From IMG/VR virus record IMGVR_UViG_3300025646_000006: DNA of 38,347 nucleotides. One strand, given 5' to 3'. Of this stretch, positions 14,975 through 22,629 are shown piece by piece; within the stretch, counting starts at the first letter, position 1; the number at the start of each line of letters is the position of its first letter. The notes under the pieces are model-generated. The model ran no database searches. It saw nothing but the letters and a program-made list of their open reading frames with translations, and was not told where the DNA came from. The translations under genes and the position numbers were made by a program. The stretch comes from a virus.

Positions 14975-15163
14975 TTATTTGTTGGATTGAAGTTCCTTGT
15001 TTATCTTTCGCTCAATCAGCCAAGCCGTGTGGTATCGCTCAACCTTGCGCTTCAGCCGTTCAATCTCTGCCTCGGCGTCATTGTATGCCTCGCGAAGTGC
15101 AAGAAAGCGTTTGCGTTCGACGCTGTAAGCGTTCCGCGCTTCGGTTAGTTCCTTGCTTTTCAT
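14975..15163 (-). CDS. Hypothetical coiled-coil protein (62 aa)
   Basis: ATG overlaps the upstream stop (ATGA). Charged heptad-like sequence. Confidence 0.45.
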   Translation of the reverse strand: MKSKELTEARNAYSVERKRFLALREAYNDAEAEIERLKRKVERYHTAWLIERKINKELQSNK

Positions 15164-15438
15164 CGCCGCGCCTCCATGCGGTCATCATCCTCGTCAGGCG
15201 CATTGACAATCTGCACGCCGCCGTTAGGTAGGTCCGTGATGCAATACGACTTACTAGGCGAGCCAGTAAAGCCCGATTCCTGCCCTTCTACGGGCAAATC
15301 TGCACCCGGCAAGGGTGAGGGCGCGGCCCCTTCAAGGAACGCAATGAAAGCGTCCGTGACACGGGCGATTGAAGTGAGGGATTGGTCGTCTAAAGTTTCT
15401 CCGTTCATGTGGGAAAGGGATGGGAATGTTACAACCAT
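15160..15438 (-). CDS. Hypothetical acidic protein (92 aa; alternative start at 15408)
   Basis: ATG ORF in the early arm. No motif recognised. Confidence 0.45.
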   Translation of the reverse strand: MVVTFPSLSHMNGETLDDQSLTSIARVTDAFIAFLEGAAPSPLPGADLPVEGQESGFTGSPSKSYCITDLPNGGVQIVNAPDEDDDRMEARR

Positions 15439-15632
15439 TCTGAAGATTGAAAGCCCCTAGCTTCTGATGCGAGGGAATAAAAGTAACCAAGGTTATCTTC
15501 TATGTGGCTTTGTAGTAGTTCGAGCGTAGGTTCCTTGCCTTCTTCGGCAAGGTCTTTCCGGGCTATGTGCTCAATCACGTCGAGCAAATGTTCCATTGCT
15601 TTTTCGGCATCTTGTATCGTGTAGTCTTTCAT
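15429..15632 (-). CDS. Hypothetical acidic protein (67 aa)
   Basis: ATG ORF in the early arm. Confidence 0.45.
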   Translation of the reverse strand: MKDYTIQDAEKAMEHLLDVIEHIARKDLAEEGKEPTLELLQSHIEDNLGYFYSLASEARGFQSSEWL

Positions 15633-15649
15633 AATTATCAGTCGCTTGT

Positions 15650-15784
15650 TTATTTGAATAGCCGCCCGAGATAGGCGGCAAGTTTAATGATTGGGGAAAG
15701 CACGGCGGTTAATAGCTGTGCGATAAGAGGGGCCACCGCCGGGACAACCACGGCGGCGGCGATCAAAAAGAGGATGGCGGTCAC
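15650..15784 (-). CDS. Unlisted GTG-initiated hydrophobic peptide (44 aa, one predicted TM helix)
   Basis: My translation: (M)TAILFLIAAAVVVPAVAPLIAQLLTAVLSPIIKLAAYLGRLFK. The GTG overlaps the upstream TGA (GTGA at 15781-15784). Confidence 0.35.
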   Translation of the reverse strand: MTAILFLIAAAVVVPAVAPLIAQLLTAVLSPIIKLAAYLGRLFK

Positions 15785-15981
15785 CGTTCTCCCTTTGCTT
15801 TGGCTAGGGCCGTTTCAATGCGTGCGCGAATCCATTCCGGGGATTCTGCGGCATTTGCGTGGATCAGTTCCAACCAGGCTATTAGATCATCATGCGCGTT
15901 GCGAAGTTGACTGTTCTCATGCCTAAGGCGGGTAACCTCCTTGGCGATAGCCGCCTGCGCCCTTTGGGTTGATTTATTCAT
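15781..15981 (-). CDS. Hypothetical helical protein (66 aa)
   Basis: ATG ORF preceded by a weak AAGGAA SD-like element. Confidence 0.45.
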   Translation of the reverse strand: MNKSTQRAQAAIAKEVTRLRHENSQLRNAHDDLIAWLELIHANAAESPEWIRARIETALAKAKGER

Positions 15982-16013
15982 GGGATTTCCTTTCTTATTG
16001 GTTGATGGTTGTG

Positions 16014-16163
16014 TTAGTCGATTTCATCCCCGAAGTCACTTCGCATCCACGCCACGAGTCGGCGCGGATTAGTGACGGCGAGCCAAACGAAGCGGCTTGC
16101 TGCAATCAAGACCAGCGCGGCAACGCAAAGTAGGTCGAGGAAGGTTTGGAGTAGCGTTTTCAT
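16014..16163 (-). CDS. Unlisted small membrane protein (49 aa)
   Basis: My translation: MKTLLQTFLDLLCVAALVLIAASRFVWLAVTNPRRLVAWMRSDFGDEID. It fills an otherwise empty gap. Confidence 0.4.
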   Translation of the reverse strand: MKTLLQTFLDLLCVAALVLIAASRFVWLAVTNPRRLVAWMRSDFGDEID

Positions 16164-16189
16164 GTGTGTGTGTGGTTTTGTGGTTAGGG

Positions 16190-16405
16190 TTAGAAGCGGG
16201 CAATCATGTATCCTGTCGCGTCTGCTATCTCTTTTTTGATGTCGTGAATCTCTTTTTTCAATTCGGAGATTTTGGCGCTGCCCTCTCGGATTAACGCCCG
16301 ATCTTCTGGCAGGTTGTCGATGATATACCGAAGCAGATCACTGTTCCGATTGCCTTTGGTTGTAGTGATGTTATGGCCGTCGCTGGCCGTTACGATGACT
16401 TTCAT
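16190..16405 (-). CDS. Hypothetical protein (71 aa from the ATG at 16405; track start 16453 would overlap the upstream gene by 29 nt)
   Basis: The inner ATG has the same ACACACATG context as neighbouring genes. Confidence 0.45.
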   Translation of the reverse strand: MKVIVTASDGHNITTTKGNRNSDLLRYIIDNLPEDRALIREGSAKISELKKEIHDIKKEIADATGYMIARF

Positions 16406-16424
16406 GTGTGTATTTGGTTTATTG

Positions 16425-17003
16425 TTACTCTGTCCATTGTTTAGCCATGGCATCTGCGATGCCTTGGAAGGTCTTAGAGCGAATCTTCCACCTGTCCTTT
16501 GACGGTGGCAGGTAATGCAGCCTCATGTATTCTTTCTTGGGCAGCTTCATCATTGCTTCCTTCACGTTGTTAGTTTCCGTGAGTTTTGGCAACCCTTTTA
16601 ACCAAAGGCAAGTCGCTTTTGTTTCGAGATGCCCGAACATCCATGGCTGGATGATTTGATCAGGCTTGCGTATGTGCGATGAGATGATGCTGATAGGGTT
16701 CTCTAGCGCGATCTTCGGAATCGGTGCGTCTAAAAGTCGGCTCACAAATCCCAGGGCGCGTTGCTGTCGACCATCGGCACGCTTTTCAGCGAACCATTTA
16801 GCACCTGACACTGCTAGATCAGTGCAAGGCGGGTGAGCTATCATTAAATCCCAGCCTTGGTCGATGATGTCAAAGACATCGCCTTGATAGTGGCTACCAC
16901 CGGCATCGGATGGCAGCAGGTCACAACTGGTTGCGTCGTGACCGAGTTTGGCAAAGGCGTCTCGCACAGTGCCAGAGTATTCGCAAGCTACTAATACTTT
17001 CAT
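16425..17003 (-). CDS. Short cytosine-methyltransferase-like protein (second MTase-family gene)
   Basis: VLVACEYSG at the motif I position, MIAHPPCTDLAVSG as a PC catalytic motif, and IALENP as an ENV-like motif. I recognise the family pattern from phage proteins annotated as DNA cytosine methyltransferase (from memory). Confidence 0.55.
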   Translation of the reverse strand: MKVLVACEYSGTVRDAFAKLGHDATSCDLLPSDAGGSHYQGDVFDIIDQGWDLMIAHPPCTDLAVSGAKWFAEKRADGRQQRALGFVSRLLDAPIPKIALENPISIISSHIRKPDQIIQPWMFGHLETKATCLWLKGLPKLTETNNVKEAMMKLPKKEYMRLHYLPPSKDRWKIRSKTFQGIADAMAKQWTE

Positions 17004-17031
17004 GTGTATTTAGTTTATTGTTACGTGTGGT

Positions 17032-17640
17032 TTATCTGTTCCAATTATTTTTGATCGCAACCCATATGATCGCTTGTAGCTCATAGCCCATTAATCCGTT
17101 TGCCTTTGCGATCTGTGCGGTTATCGCCTCAATGCGCCTGTATTGTTTATCGGTGACTTGTTCGGCGGTTTCGGTGATTCCATCTTTGGGTTTAGTTAAG
17201 CACGCTCGGATGTGCCACTTGTCAATAGTCACATGGTCAGGCGATAACAATCCGCAGTTCATTGCAAAAGCGTGCGTTTTTGGTGCGCTCGCTGCTATGC
17301 GTGACCCTTCATTGAGGATGCGGAAAGCCTTCGCCTTGTTACCGTTAAAGGTGCAAACTTTTACGGAGTCGGCACTCAGGCCAGATTTCCAAGCAACTAA
17401 TACGGCGCGTGCGTCGATCTTATTTCGCTGCCACTTGTTGTTTGGCGACAGGCAAGAGACTACGCTCGCGCAAATGTATGGATCGACTTCAAATTCTTTT
17501 GCCAATGACTGACAAAAGGTTTGCGCGTCACGATACCACGACTTGCCGATTTCGATCTCTTGCTCACTCGCATTAACAAGCCACGCTTTAAGATTTGCAC
17601 GAATCTTGGCGTCACTCGTTTTAGTGATGGATAGTTTCAT
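17032..17640 (-). CDS. Hypothetical protein (202 aa)
   Basis: ATG ORF in the early arm. No motif recognised. Confidence 0.5.
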   Translation of the reverse strand: MKLSITKTSDAKIRANLKAWLVNASEQEIEIGKSWYRDAQTFCQSLAKEFEVDPYICASVVSCLSPNNKWQRNKIDARAVLVAWKSGLSADSVKVCTFNGNKAKAFRILNEGSRIAASAPKTHAFAMNCGLLSPDHVTIDKWHIRACLTKPKDGITETAEQVTDKQYRRIEAITAQIAKANGLMGYELQAIIWVAIKNNWNR

Positions 17641-17680
17641 GGTTTTTTAATCTATTGTCTCTCATGTGTAGTCTTTCGTA

Positions 17681-18070
17681 TTATTTAGCCCTCAGCAAGA
17701 TGTCTGTAACAGTTTGCATCGAAACCATATACTTTTTCCCGTCACTAAGCTTGGTAATGATTGCGTCCCTGGTGCGGGCGCGAGGATTATATCCGCTTAA
17801 CACATAATCTTCACCACCAATCTTAAACGTCTGTTTTAGGTGCTCTTCTGTTAAGCCAAGCATCTTACGCATCATGCGAAGATAGGACATGTGCTCATCG
17901 ACAACTTGACCGTCTTCTGACAGGTTGCTGACGTTTAGCTTAAATGTTGCGAAATGTGAGTTATATTTGCACGAATCCGCAACCAGTTGCACGTTATACT
18001 TCTTTCCAACGCTCTCTAGAGCGGCATTGATTTCGCCACGAAGGGCTTTTAGTGTTTCGTTATTTATCAT
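17681..18070 (-). CDS. Hypothetical protein (129 aa from the ATG at 18070)
   Basis: The track ORF extends to 18148 and would overlap the upstream gene. The inner ATG lies 5 nt after the upstream stop. Confidence 0.5.
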   Translation of the reverse strand: MINNETLKALRGEINAALESVGKKYNVQLVADSCKYNSHFATFKLNVSNLSEDGQVVDEHMSYLRMMRKMLGLTEEHLKQTFKIGGEDYVLSGYNPRARTRDAIITKLSDGKKYMVSMQTVTDILLRAK

Positions 18071-18075
18071 TGTTA

Positions 18076-18303
18076 TCAGCGAATAGCGTCTTTCAGTTCT
18101 TTTTTGATCCGTCGCGCATCTTCTCCGCGCCACGTTGTGGCATTGCACAGGAAGTAGGTGACGATGGATTTTGCGTCGTCCATGCCGTAGCTATCGCTTA
18201 CTGAGCTAAGGCATGACATTGCGTCTAAGTAAGGACGCGCCCCGAAGTATGGACTGGGCCAGGTTTTTCTGATCTCCCTGGCGATTTCGTGAATTGCTCT
18301 CAT
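18076..18303 (-). CDS. Hypothetical protein (75 aa from the ATG at 18303)
   Basis: The inner ATG avoids overlap with the upstream gene, which ends at 18323. Confidence 0.45.
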   Translation of the reverse strand: MRAIHEIAREIRKTWPSPYFGARPYLDAMSCLSSVSDSYGMDDAKSIVTYFLCNATTWRGEDARRIKKELKDAIR

Positions 18304-18322
18304 TGTGTGTCTTTCGTTAGGG

Positions 18323-18691
18323 TTAGGCGGCAACGGCGTTCAACTCCGCCTTGCGGGCGGTGATCTTCTCAAGCTTGGCGAGGAGTTTCTTTTCCTCATT
18401 ATCCAACGCCGTGGCTTCATCCTTACGGATAAAAACAGGTGTGAATTTTTCCGATTTCTTCAGGTTCAGCCGCTTAGTGTCTTGCAACTGAAATCCGTTG
18501 CGAATCGCGGCTCGAATCATGTCGAGTTGCTCTTCTTCGTTCAACGAACCAAGCCACTCTTTTTTCTCTTTCCGCGCCAACTTGATCTCGTCGCGATGTG
18601 CGAGCATTTCTTCCTTGCTGAACGAGTTGCCGCCGTTGCGGACTCGGTTATTGATTTGCTCCTTAGTAAGGAGCGTGATTTGCGTTTCCAT
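18323..18691 (-). CDS. Hypothetical Lys/Glu-rich protein, first gene of the minus arm (122 aa; alternative starts at 18739 and 18877)
   Basis: METQITLLTKEQINN... The residues upstream of this Met in the track ORF look non-coding (Arg/His/Val-rich). Confidence 0.4.
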   Translation of the reverse strand: METQITLLTKEQINNRVRNGGNSFSKEEMLAHRDEIKLARKEKKEWLGSLNEEEQLDMIRAAIRNGFQLQDTKRLNLKKSEKFTPVFIRKDEATALDNEEKKLLAKLEKITARKAELNAVAA

Positions 18692-19303
18692 TGTTTTTGT
18701 CTTTCTATTTTGCAAAACTTGGCCATGACGTTTTGTCATGTTGATCACTTGCGCCACGAAAAGGCGTTTTGCTTGCAAGTGTGAAATAGGCGTAGCTGCA
18801 CGCCTATGGGTTTGCTGCACTCTCACTACAGCGTCAACGTGCATGCCGAAATGAACTCTTTTTCGCTCGCCGCACAAGGTAGGCTAATACAACGTTACCT
18901 TGCTTACGCGCCCTTGGGATTGTCTCATCGGGCGGCGGGTTTTGGCCTAATTTGTTTCTCACTTCGTTGAGCCGCGAGGAATCCCTCACGACATTGCACG
19001 TTCCATTTTTGCAGACTTAGCCGCAACTTTCAAAGATCAACTGACTCGTCTCAGGCACTCGGCCTTCAACGCTCACCACTAAAGGGGATCCATTAATCAA
19101 TTGCAAGCGCATTTCTTAAACAATCTTTCAAACAGCTCGTAAACCGTTGATGCGCAACGGAATAAAATAGTGTATTTTTTTACCTGATACGCAAAAACGC
19201 AATGCGCGGCCCACAAATCACCTTCAAGGGAAGAGCGGAAGACAAGAGGGCAATAGAGGACTATAGGCACCATACGCAGCGCAACGCGCAGAGGGATTCA
19301 TTG

Positions 19304-19323
19304 CCCTACCCTCTACCCTACCC
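19304..19323 (-). other. G-quadruplex-type motif GGGTAGGGTAGAGGGTAGGG (minus strand)
   Basis: Plus strand reads ccctaccctctaccctaccc. On the minus strand that is four G3 tracts with loops of 2, 4 and 2 nt. Confidence 0.5.
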
Positions 19324-19359
19324 TTGCAAACAGATCAGCCCACCATCGACCAGTCTACT

Positions 19360-19374
19360 TGAGACTGATTCTCA
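19360..19374. promoter_or_regulatory. Operator-like palindrome O1, TGAGACTGATTCTCA
   Basis: One of three related 15-mers in the divergent intergenic region (half-site TGAGAC / GTCTCA). Confidence 0.55.
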
Positions 19375-19382
19375 TTAACTCC

Positions 19383-19397
19383 TGAGACTGATTCTCG
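19383..19397. promoter_or_regulatory. Operator-like palindrome O2, TGAGACTGATTCTCG
   Basis: Centre is 23 bp from O1. Identical to O1 at 14 of 15 positions. Confidence 0.55.
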
Positions 19398-19431
19398 TTA
19401 AGTGTTGCAAGTAGATTGCGCTGCAACCCTC

Positions 19432-19461
19432 TTGCGTTTGTGCGCGGCGCGCTTCTATACT
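19432..19461 (+). promoter_or_regulatory. Candidate sigma70-type promoter TTGCGT-N18-TATACT for the late arm
   Basis: Read directly. It lies between O2 and O3, which places O3 just downstream of the predicted start site. Weak consensus match. Confidence 0.3.
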
Positions 19462-19477
19462 ACAGCGAGATCCCACT

Positions 19478-19492
19478 TGAGACCGGGTCTCA
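19478..19492. promoter_or_regulatory. Operator-like perfect palindrome O3, TGAGACCGGGTCTCA
   Basis: Perfect inverted repeat TGAGAC-cgg-GTCTCA. Confidence 0.6.
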
Positions 19493-19579
19493 GTATCACC
19501 TGGCGGGGGAGGGCGTGCGCGGACCTGGGCGGGGGCGCGATTATGATTGGTTCCATAGGGGGTGTAAAATTTTCCTAAA

Positions 19580-19624
19580 GGGGGGCTTAACAGGGGGCTT
19601 GACACTAGGGGTAAGCTAAGGGGG
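19580..19624 (+). repeat. G-run array GGGGGGCTTAACA GGGGGCTTGACA CTA GGGG TAAGCTAA GGGGG directly upstream of the putative small terminase gene
   Basis: Read directly: the direct repeat GGGGGCTT(A/G)ACA occurs twice, followed by two further G4-5 runs. Confidence 0.7.
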
Positions 19625-20178
19625 TGGATGACTCTGGTTATATCTCTCCTATTGCGGCTACTTCTGTAGTTAGTTCTGGGGGTAACGCTAACTTAGTAGA
19701 GAACCGTAAGCCGGTAGAGGCGGCACTAGCGTTAGAGTTACTAGCTGAGGGGAAGACTTATGATGATGTAGAGGCCGCGACTGGGATAGGGTATACGGCG
19801 TTAGTGGGCCTTAAGGCTAGGCACCCGGATACGCTAGAGAAGCGCAGGAAGCAGTTAGCTTACGACGGGTTCGAGATGGCCGAGGGGCTTAGGCAACTGG
19901 CTAAGAAGAAAATGCAAATGCTGGCTGAGGATGAAGACCAGCTTATGAAAGTGAACCTCAAGGACTTAGTGCTGCCTTATGCGATTGCTCAGGATAAAGG
20001 CTTTGCTGCGCTTGAGGGGAATACCGTAAGAGTTGAGCACACGAGTAAGAAACTAAGCATTGAGGACGCTAGGAAGCTGATTGAGGAAGCTAGGAACCAG
20101 ATTCAGCAAGGGGAACTTAACGTAACGGCTAATGAGGTAACCGATGGTAATGAACCGAATGAAACAGAACTTTCCTGA
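19624..20178 (+). CDS. Putative small terminase subunit / DNA-binding protein (start uncertain, GTG)
   Basis: 184 aa and the first gene of the late arm, two genes upstream of the large terminase. HTH-like segment TYDDVEAATGIGYTALVGLKAR and a charged coiled C-terminal half. The call rests mainly on position. Confidence 0.4.
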   Translation: MDDSGYISPIAATSVVSSGGNANLVENRKPVEAALALELLAEGKTYDDVEAATGIGYTALVGLKARHPDTLEKRRKQLAYDGFEMAEGLRQLAKKKMQMLAEDEDQLMKVNLKDLVLPYAIAQDKGFAALEGNTVRVEHTSKKLSIEDARKLIEEARNQIQQGELNVTANEVTDGNEPNETELS

Positions 20179-20425
20179 CGACGACGGCGAGCTACCGGAG
20201 GGTATGAGTCTTAATGACTTATTTGCTATGGCCGCGAATCAGGCAGCCCCCAAGTTCAAGATTATGCAAAAAGTATGGCTCCTTTGCGGGGAGCAAGCGG
20301 GTATGGTTATAGGGGTTACTGCTTATGCGGACAGGTTCGCTTACGTTGTGCGCTGGCCTGATGGGACTAAGGACGAGTATATGGGCGAGGAGCTTACGAG
20401 CACTAAGCTCTGGTCTAATAACTGA
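20144..20425 (+). CDS. Hypothetical protein (93 aa; start uncertain, several in-frame ATGs)
   Basis: The ORF ends in a TGATG overlap with the terminase gene. Confidence 0.45.
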   Translation: MVMNRMKQNFPDDDGELPEGMSLNDLFAMAANQAAPKFKIMQKVWLLCGEQAGMVIGVTAYADRFAYVVRWPDGTKDEYMGEELTSTKLWSNN

Positions 20426-22047
20426 TGGCTCTTAACTGGCGAGAGCATCCTATCTTGAAGCCGCCGACTGCGGCTGAGATGGCTAAGATGCAGCCAGAGA
20501 AGCTGATACAGCTTTACGAGGCTTACCATCAGGCGATTGAGAACGCCGAGAAAGACCCGTATCGGTATGGCTTTAGTCTCCCGCATTGGGATTACGCGGA
20601 CAGGGCCATTGCTAAGTTCAAGACCTTGCTGCTGTTCGGGGCTAACCGTTCAGGTAAGACGCAGTATTGCGCTAGGCTGGTAGTCCGCTCGGCCATTGAG
20701 AACGCAGGTAGTTTGATTTACTGCTTTAGCCAGAATAAGGAGATTAGCGTAATCGTGCAGCAGTCAGCGGTTTATAACTGGCTGCCTGCGGAGTATAAGA
20801 CTAGGATGCTGTCATCCGTGGGTAACATTAACTACTCGTTCAAGAACGGCTTTACCGATAACGCTCTAGTCTTACCTAACGGCTCTAAGATTATCTTTAA
20901 GTTTTACACGCAGTGGATTCAGGACGACACCATCCTTGAAGGTATGGAGTTAGGGTGCCGCGAGCCTAAGTCGCATAACGTAGGCGCATGGCTAGACGAG
21001 TATCTCTTAGGTATGGACTTGATTGACCGCTTGTATATCCGTCTAGCTACGTTCAAGGCAAAGCTCCTTATCTCGTTTACGCCAAAGGACGGCGAGACTG
21101 AGACGGTTAAATACTTCAGGCAGAAAGCCGTAACCATTGAATCATTAAGCGTTAATGAGGGACTTACCTCATCTCAGCGGGTTCCGTATTACCAAGAGAA
21201 CGAGAGTATGAATACGGGCATTTGTTACTTTCACTCTAAGGACAACCCGTGGTCAGGATACGAGGCGTTACTTGAGCAATGCCTAGCAAGGGCTGACGAT
21301 AATTACTCTTTGACTGCGCTTTACGGCGTGCCGACTCGGAACGTATCCACGAAGTTCCCTAAGTTCCAATCGCACATAAATGTCATTAAGCACGAGGAGC
21401 TGCTGAAGCGGATTGCTAAGGCGACTAAGTATATGGTCATTGACCCGGCTGGTAGCAAGCCGTGGTTCATGTGCTGGATTGCCGTGGACCCCTCTGACAC
21501 TTGGTATGTGTATCGGGAGTGGCCTGATGCTAGTCACGGCGATTGGGCTATGGAGCGCGGCGGGAAGTGGGTTCCCGGCGAGGCTTGTAAGCAGAAGCTC
21601 GGTTACGGCGTAAAGGATTACGTTGAGCTTATTAAGACGCTTGAGGAAGACGAGGAAATCTTTGAGCGACTGATTGACCCTCGTATGGGTGCCGCGAAGT
21701 ATTCTAGCGGCCAAGGCGGTCAAAGCGATTACATCTCTGACCTTAACCGTGAGGAGCTATTAGTCATTCCTGCGCCGGGTATTGAGGAGGAGCCGGGTAT
21801 CCAAGCGATTCAGGACAAGCTCTCGTATAACATGAACAAGCCGATTGACGGGAACAACCGGCCTCACTTTTACATTTCGGATAGGTGCGAGAACATTATC
21901 CTCGCGCTTCAGGAATACGACGGCAGTAGCCGCGAGCATCCGCTGAAAGACCCGATTGACGTATTACGTTACGCGGCGGTGCATCGCTTGGACTACATAG
22001 ACGAAGACTCTCTGGTGTCTGTTAACAATCGAAAGGGTGGTTACTAA
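20425..22047 (+). CDS. terL: Terminase large subunit
   Basis: Walker A LLFGANRSGKTQY near the N-terminus. At 540 aa it has the size of an ATPase plus nuclease two-domain protein, and it sits upstream of the portal. Confidence 0.85.
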   Translation: MALNWREHPILKPPTAAEMAKMQPEKLIQLYEAYHQAIENAEKDPYRYGFSLPHWDYADRAIAKFKTLLLFGANRSGKTQYCARLVVRSAIENAGSLIYCFSQNKEISVIVQQSAVYNWLPAEYKTRMLSSVGNINYSFKNGFTDNALVLPNGSKIIFKFYTQWIQDDTILEGMELGCREPKSHNVGAWLDEYLLGMDLIDRLYIRLATFKAKLLISFTPKDGETETVKYFRQKAVTIESLSVNEGLTSSQRVPYYQENESMNTGICYFHSKDNPWSGYEALLEQCLARADDNYSLTALYGVPTRNVSTKFPKFQSHINVIKHEELLKRIAKATKYMVIDPAGSKPWFMCWIAVDPSDTWYVYREWPDASHGDWAMERGGKWVPGEACKQKLGYGVKDYVELIKTLEEDEEIFERLIDPRMGAAKYSSGQGGQSDYISDLNREELLVIPAPGIEEEPGIQAIQDKLSYNMNKPIDGNNRPHFYISDRCENIILALQEYDGSSREHPLKDPIDVLRYAAVHRLDYIDEDSLVSVNNRKGGY

Positions 22048-22433
22048 TGAAAGTTAAGATTACTGACTTGGCCGAGGAACTCGGCGTTAATGTAAACGAG
22101 CTGCTTGAAGTTAAAGCAAGCAAGCTGACTGAGGACGACTGGACCGGTCGCGGTAAGAACACTTGGTTTACCGAGGATGCCGTGGCTAAGATTCGCCTAG
22201 CTATGGACATCCCTGAGCTTTCGCCAGATGTCCTTTATGCGACGTTCGTTCACGTTGCCCCTAATGACCGCTGGGTTTACGCGAAGATTCAAGGCGTTGA
22301 TGGTAAGCGTCCTGTGCTTATCCCTCGGAAACTTCGTGGTAAGCTAAAGGATAAGAAGTTTCCAGTTCATGCCATCACGGACAACAAAGGCACAACTTAC
22401 CGCCATGCCGCGCTTACAGGATACAACCTGTGA
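22047..22433 (+). CDS. Hypothetical protein with an IF2-N-like / HTH-like N-terminus (128 aa)
   Basis: MKVKITDLAEELGVNVNELLE resembles the IF2 N-terminal-type motif. TAATG overlap with terL. Confidence 0.4.
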   Translation: MKVKITDLAEELGVNVNELLEVKASKLTEDDWTGRGKNTWFTEDAVAKIRLAMDIPELSPDVLYATFVHVAPNDRWVYAKIQGVDGKRPVLIPRKLRGKLKDKKFPVHAITDNKGTTYRHAALTGYNL

Positions 22434-22629
22434 CCCAGAGTGGCTATCGCAGCAGACTGACCGTTTGCTCGGCTTTGAGGTGCTTTACAAGGAAGTGACT
22501 GGCTACGCTGATAACATCCAGCCCTCCGCCATTTGCGAAAAGATTGGGGTTCACCCGACATTCACGCACGAGGCGGTTCTGTCTTTCGTAACCAAGTTTA
22601 GCCAATTCAACTACATCCCTAATGAGTAA
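22405..22629 (+). CDS. Hypothetical protein (74 aa; start uncertain)
   Basis: The ORF bridges the gap to the portal and ends in an ATGA-type overlap with the portal start. It overlaps the upstream gene by 29 nt even from the inner ATG. Confidence 0.3.
   Translation: MPRLQDTTCDPEWLSQQTDRLLGFEVLYKEVTGYADNIQPSAICEKIGVHPTFTHEAVLSFVTKFSQFNYIPNE

Noticed and set aside
19599-19604. Perfect TTGACA -35 box upstream of the first late gene
   Set aside because: No acceptable -10 hexamer lies 16-18 nt downstream (the sequence there is GGGTGG). The hexamer is part of the GGGGGCTTGACA repeat.
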